DNA of 64,000 nt, from assembly GCA_002633005.1 (NCBI GenBank), contig NMRA01000020.1, positions 478,942 to 542,941 on the forward strand, written 5' to 3'. Within the stretch, counting starts at the first letter, position 1. Every line of letters begins with the position of its first letter. The position numbers and the translations under genes are program-made. Below, piece after piece: positions 63,471 to 64,000 of this stretch. The notes beneath the pieces were generated by a model, which saw only the letters and a program-made list of their open reading frames with translations, ran no database searches and was not told the origin of the DNA. This DNA is from Phoronis australis. Lineage: Eukaryota > Animalia > Phoronida.

Positions 63471-64000
63471 ACGGGCCCGGTGTTTTTTCAATAACTGTGC
63501 ATGTCACAATGTCAAAGCACAATTATGAAATTGATGTGGGTAGAATGTTGGCAAGTTTAAGCAAAGCTTACATTTTCAGTCCATGAGAGGCATACCATCC
63601 AGTTGCAGTGGCAATAATACCACACAATGCAATTGCTACTGACACTGTGGCAATCGTTGCCTTAAGAGTTAAGTCAAGGTGGTTAGGATCTTTGCCTTTG
63701 GGTTTTCATAAATAATCCAACCAGACACACCATTGCTTGCAAACTGCAATATTGATCTAGCTTGTTTGTGAGTGTTGCTGGTAAAATCTAACAACCGACC
63801 ACATAGCATCAGAAGATATAGTCAGATTCATTACTAACCCAAAAAATCAGTTAAGAACGGTCTTTAAATAAAATAAATCTTCCCACCATTAGTATTTTTC
63901 TGATATTGATGAGATGCGATCAGCGTAGCCATAGGATAATCGTCTTAGACTTATAGTAGATTGAAATCACAATTAAGTCACCTGACCTGTGGAGATTTTG

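Overview
Eukaryotic, AT-rich genomic DNA from an animal, most likely a marine invertebrate. A non-vertebrate deuterostome is plausible but is inference only. Two convergent spliced genes can be reconstructed by hand. One is a 15-exon Integrator subunit 10 gene (INTS10, minus strand, 62479->44111, 672 aa) with a GC-AG first intron and a U12-type intron. The other is a 4-exon short R-SNARE/VAMP (synaptobrevin-family) gene (plus strand, 34114->39620, 119 aa) whose ATG is split by intron 1. The first ~33 kb has no recognisable host gene and is mostly decayed transposons: an Academ(X)-type element nested in a tiny hAT-type element with a perfect 8-bp TSD, the 5' part of a THAP/Kolobok-type transposase cut by an N, a decayed non-LTR RT, MITEs and tRNA-derived SINE heads. 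The most unusual features are in INTS10: an ~80-copy 29-bp intronic satellite whose every unit is a juxtaposed acceptor|donor (CAG|GTATG) carrying an in-frame stop, a triplicated splice donor, and an indel-free duplicate of the C-terminal codons in an ORF that overlaps the stop as ATGA. All calls come from reading the sequence and recalled family motifs; no searches were run.
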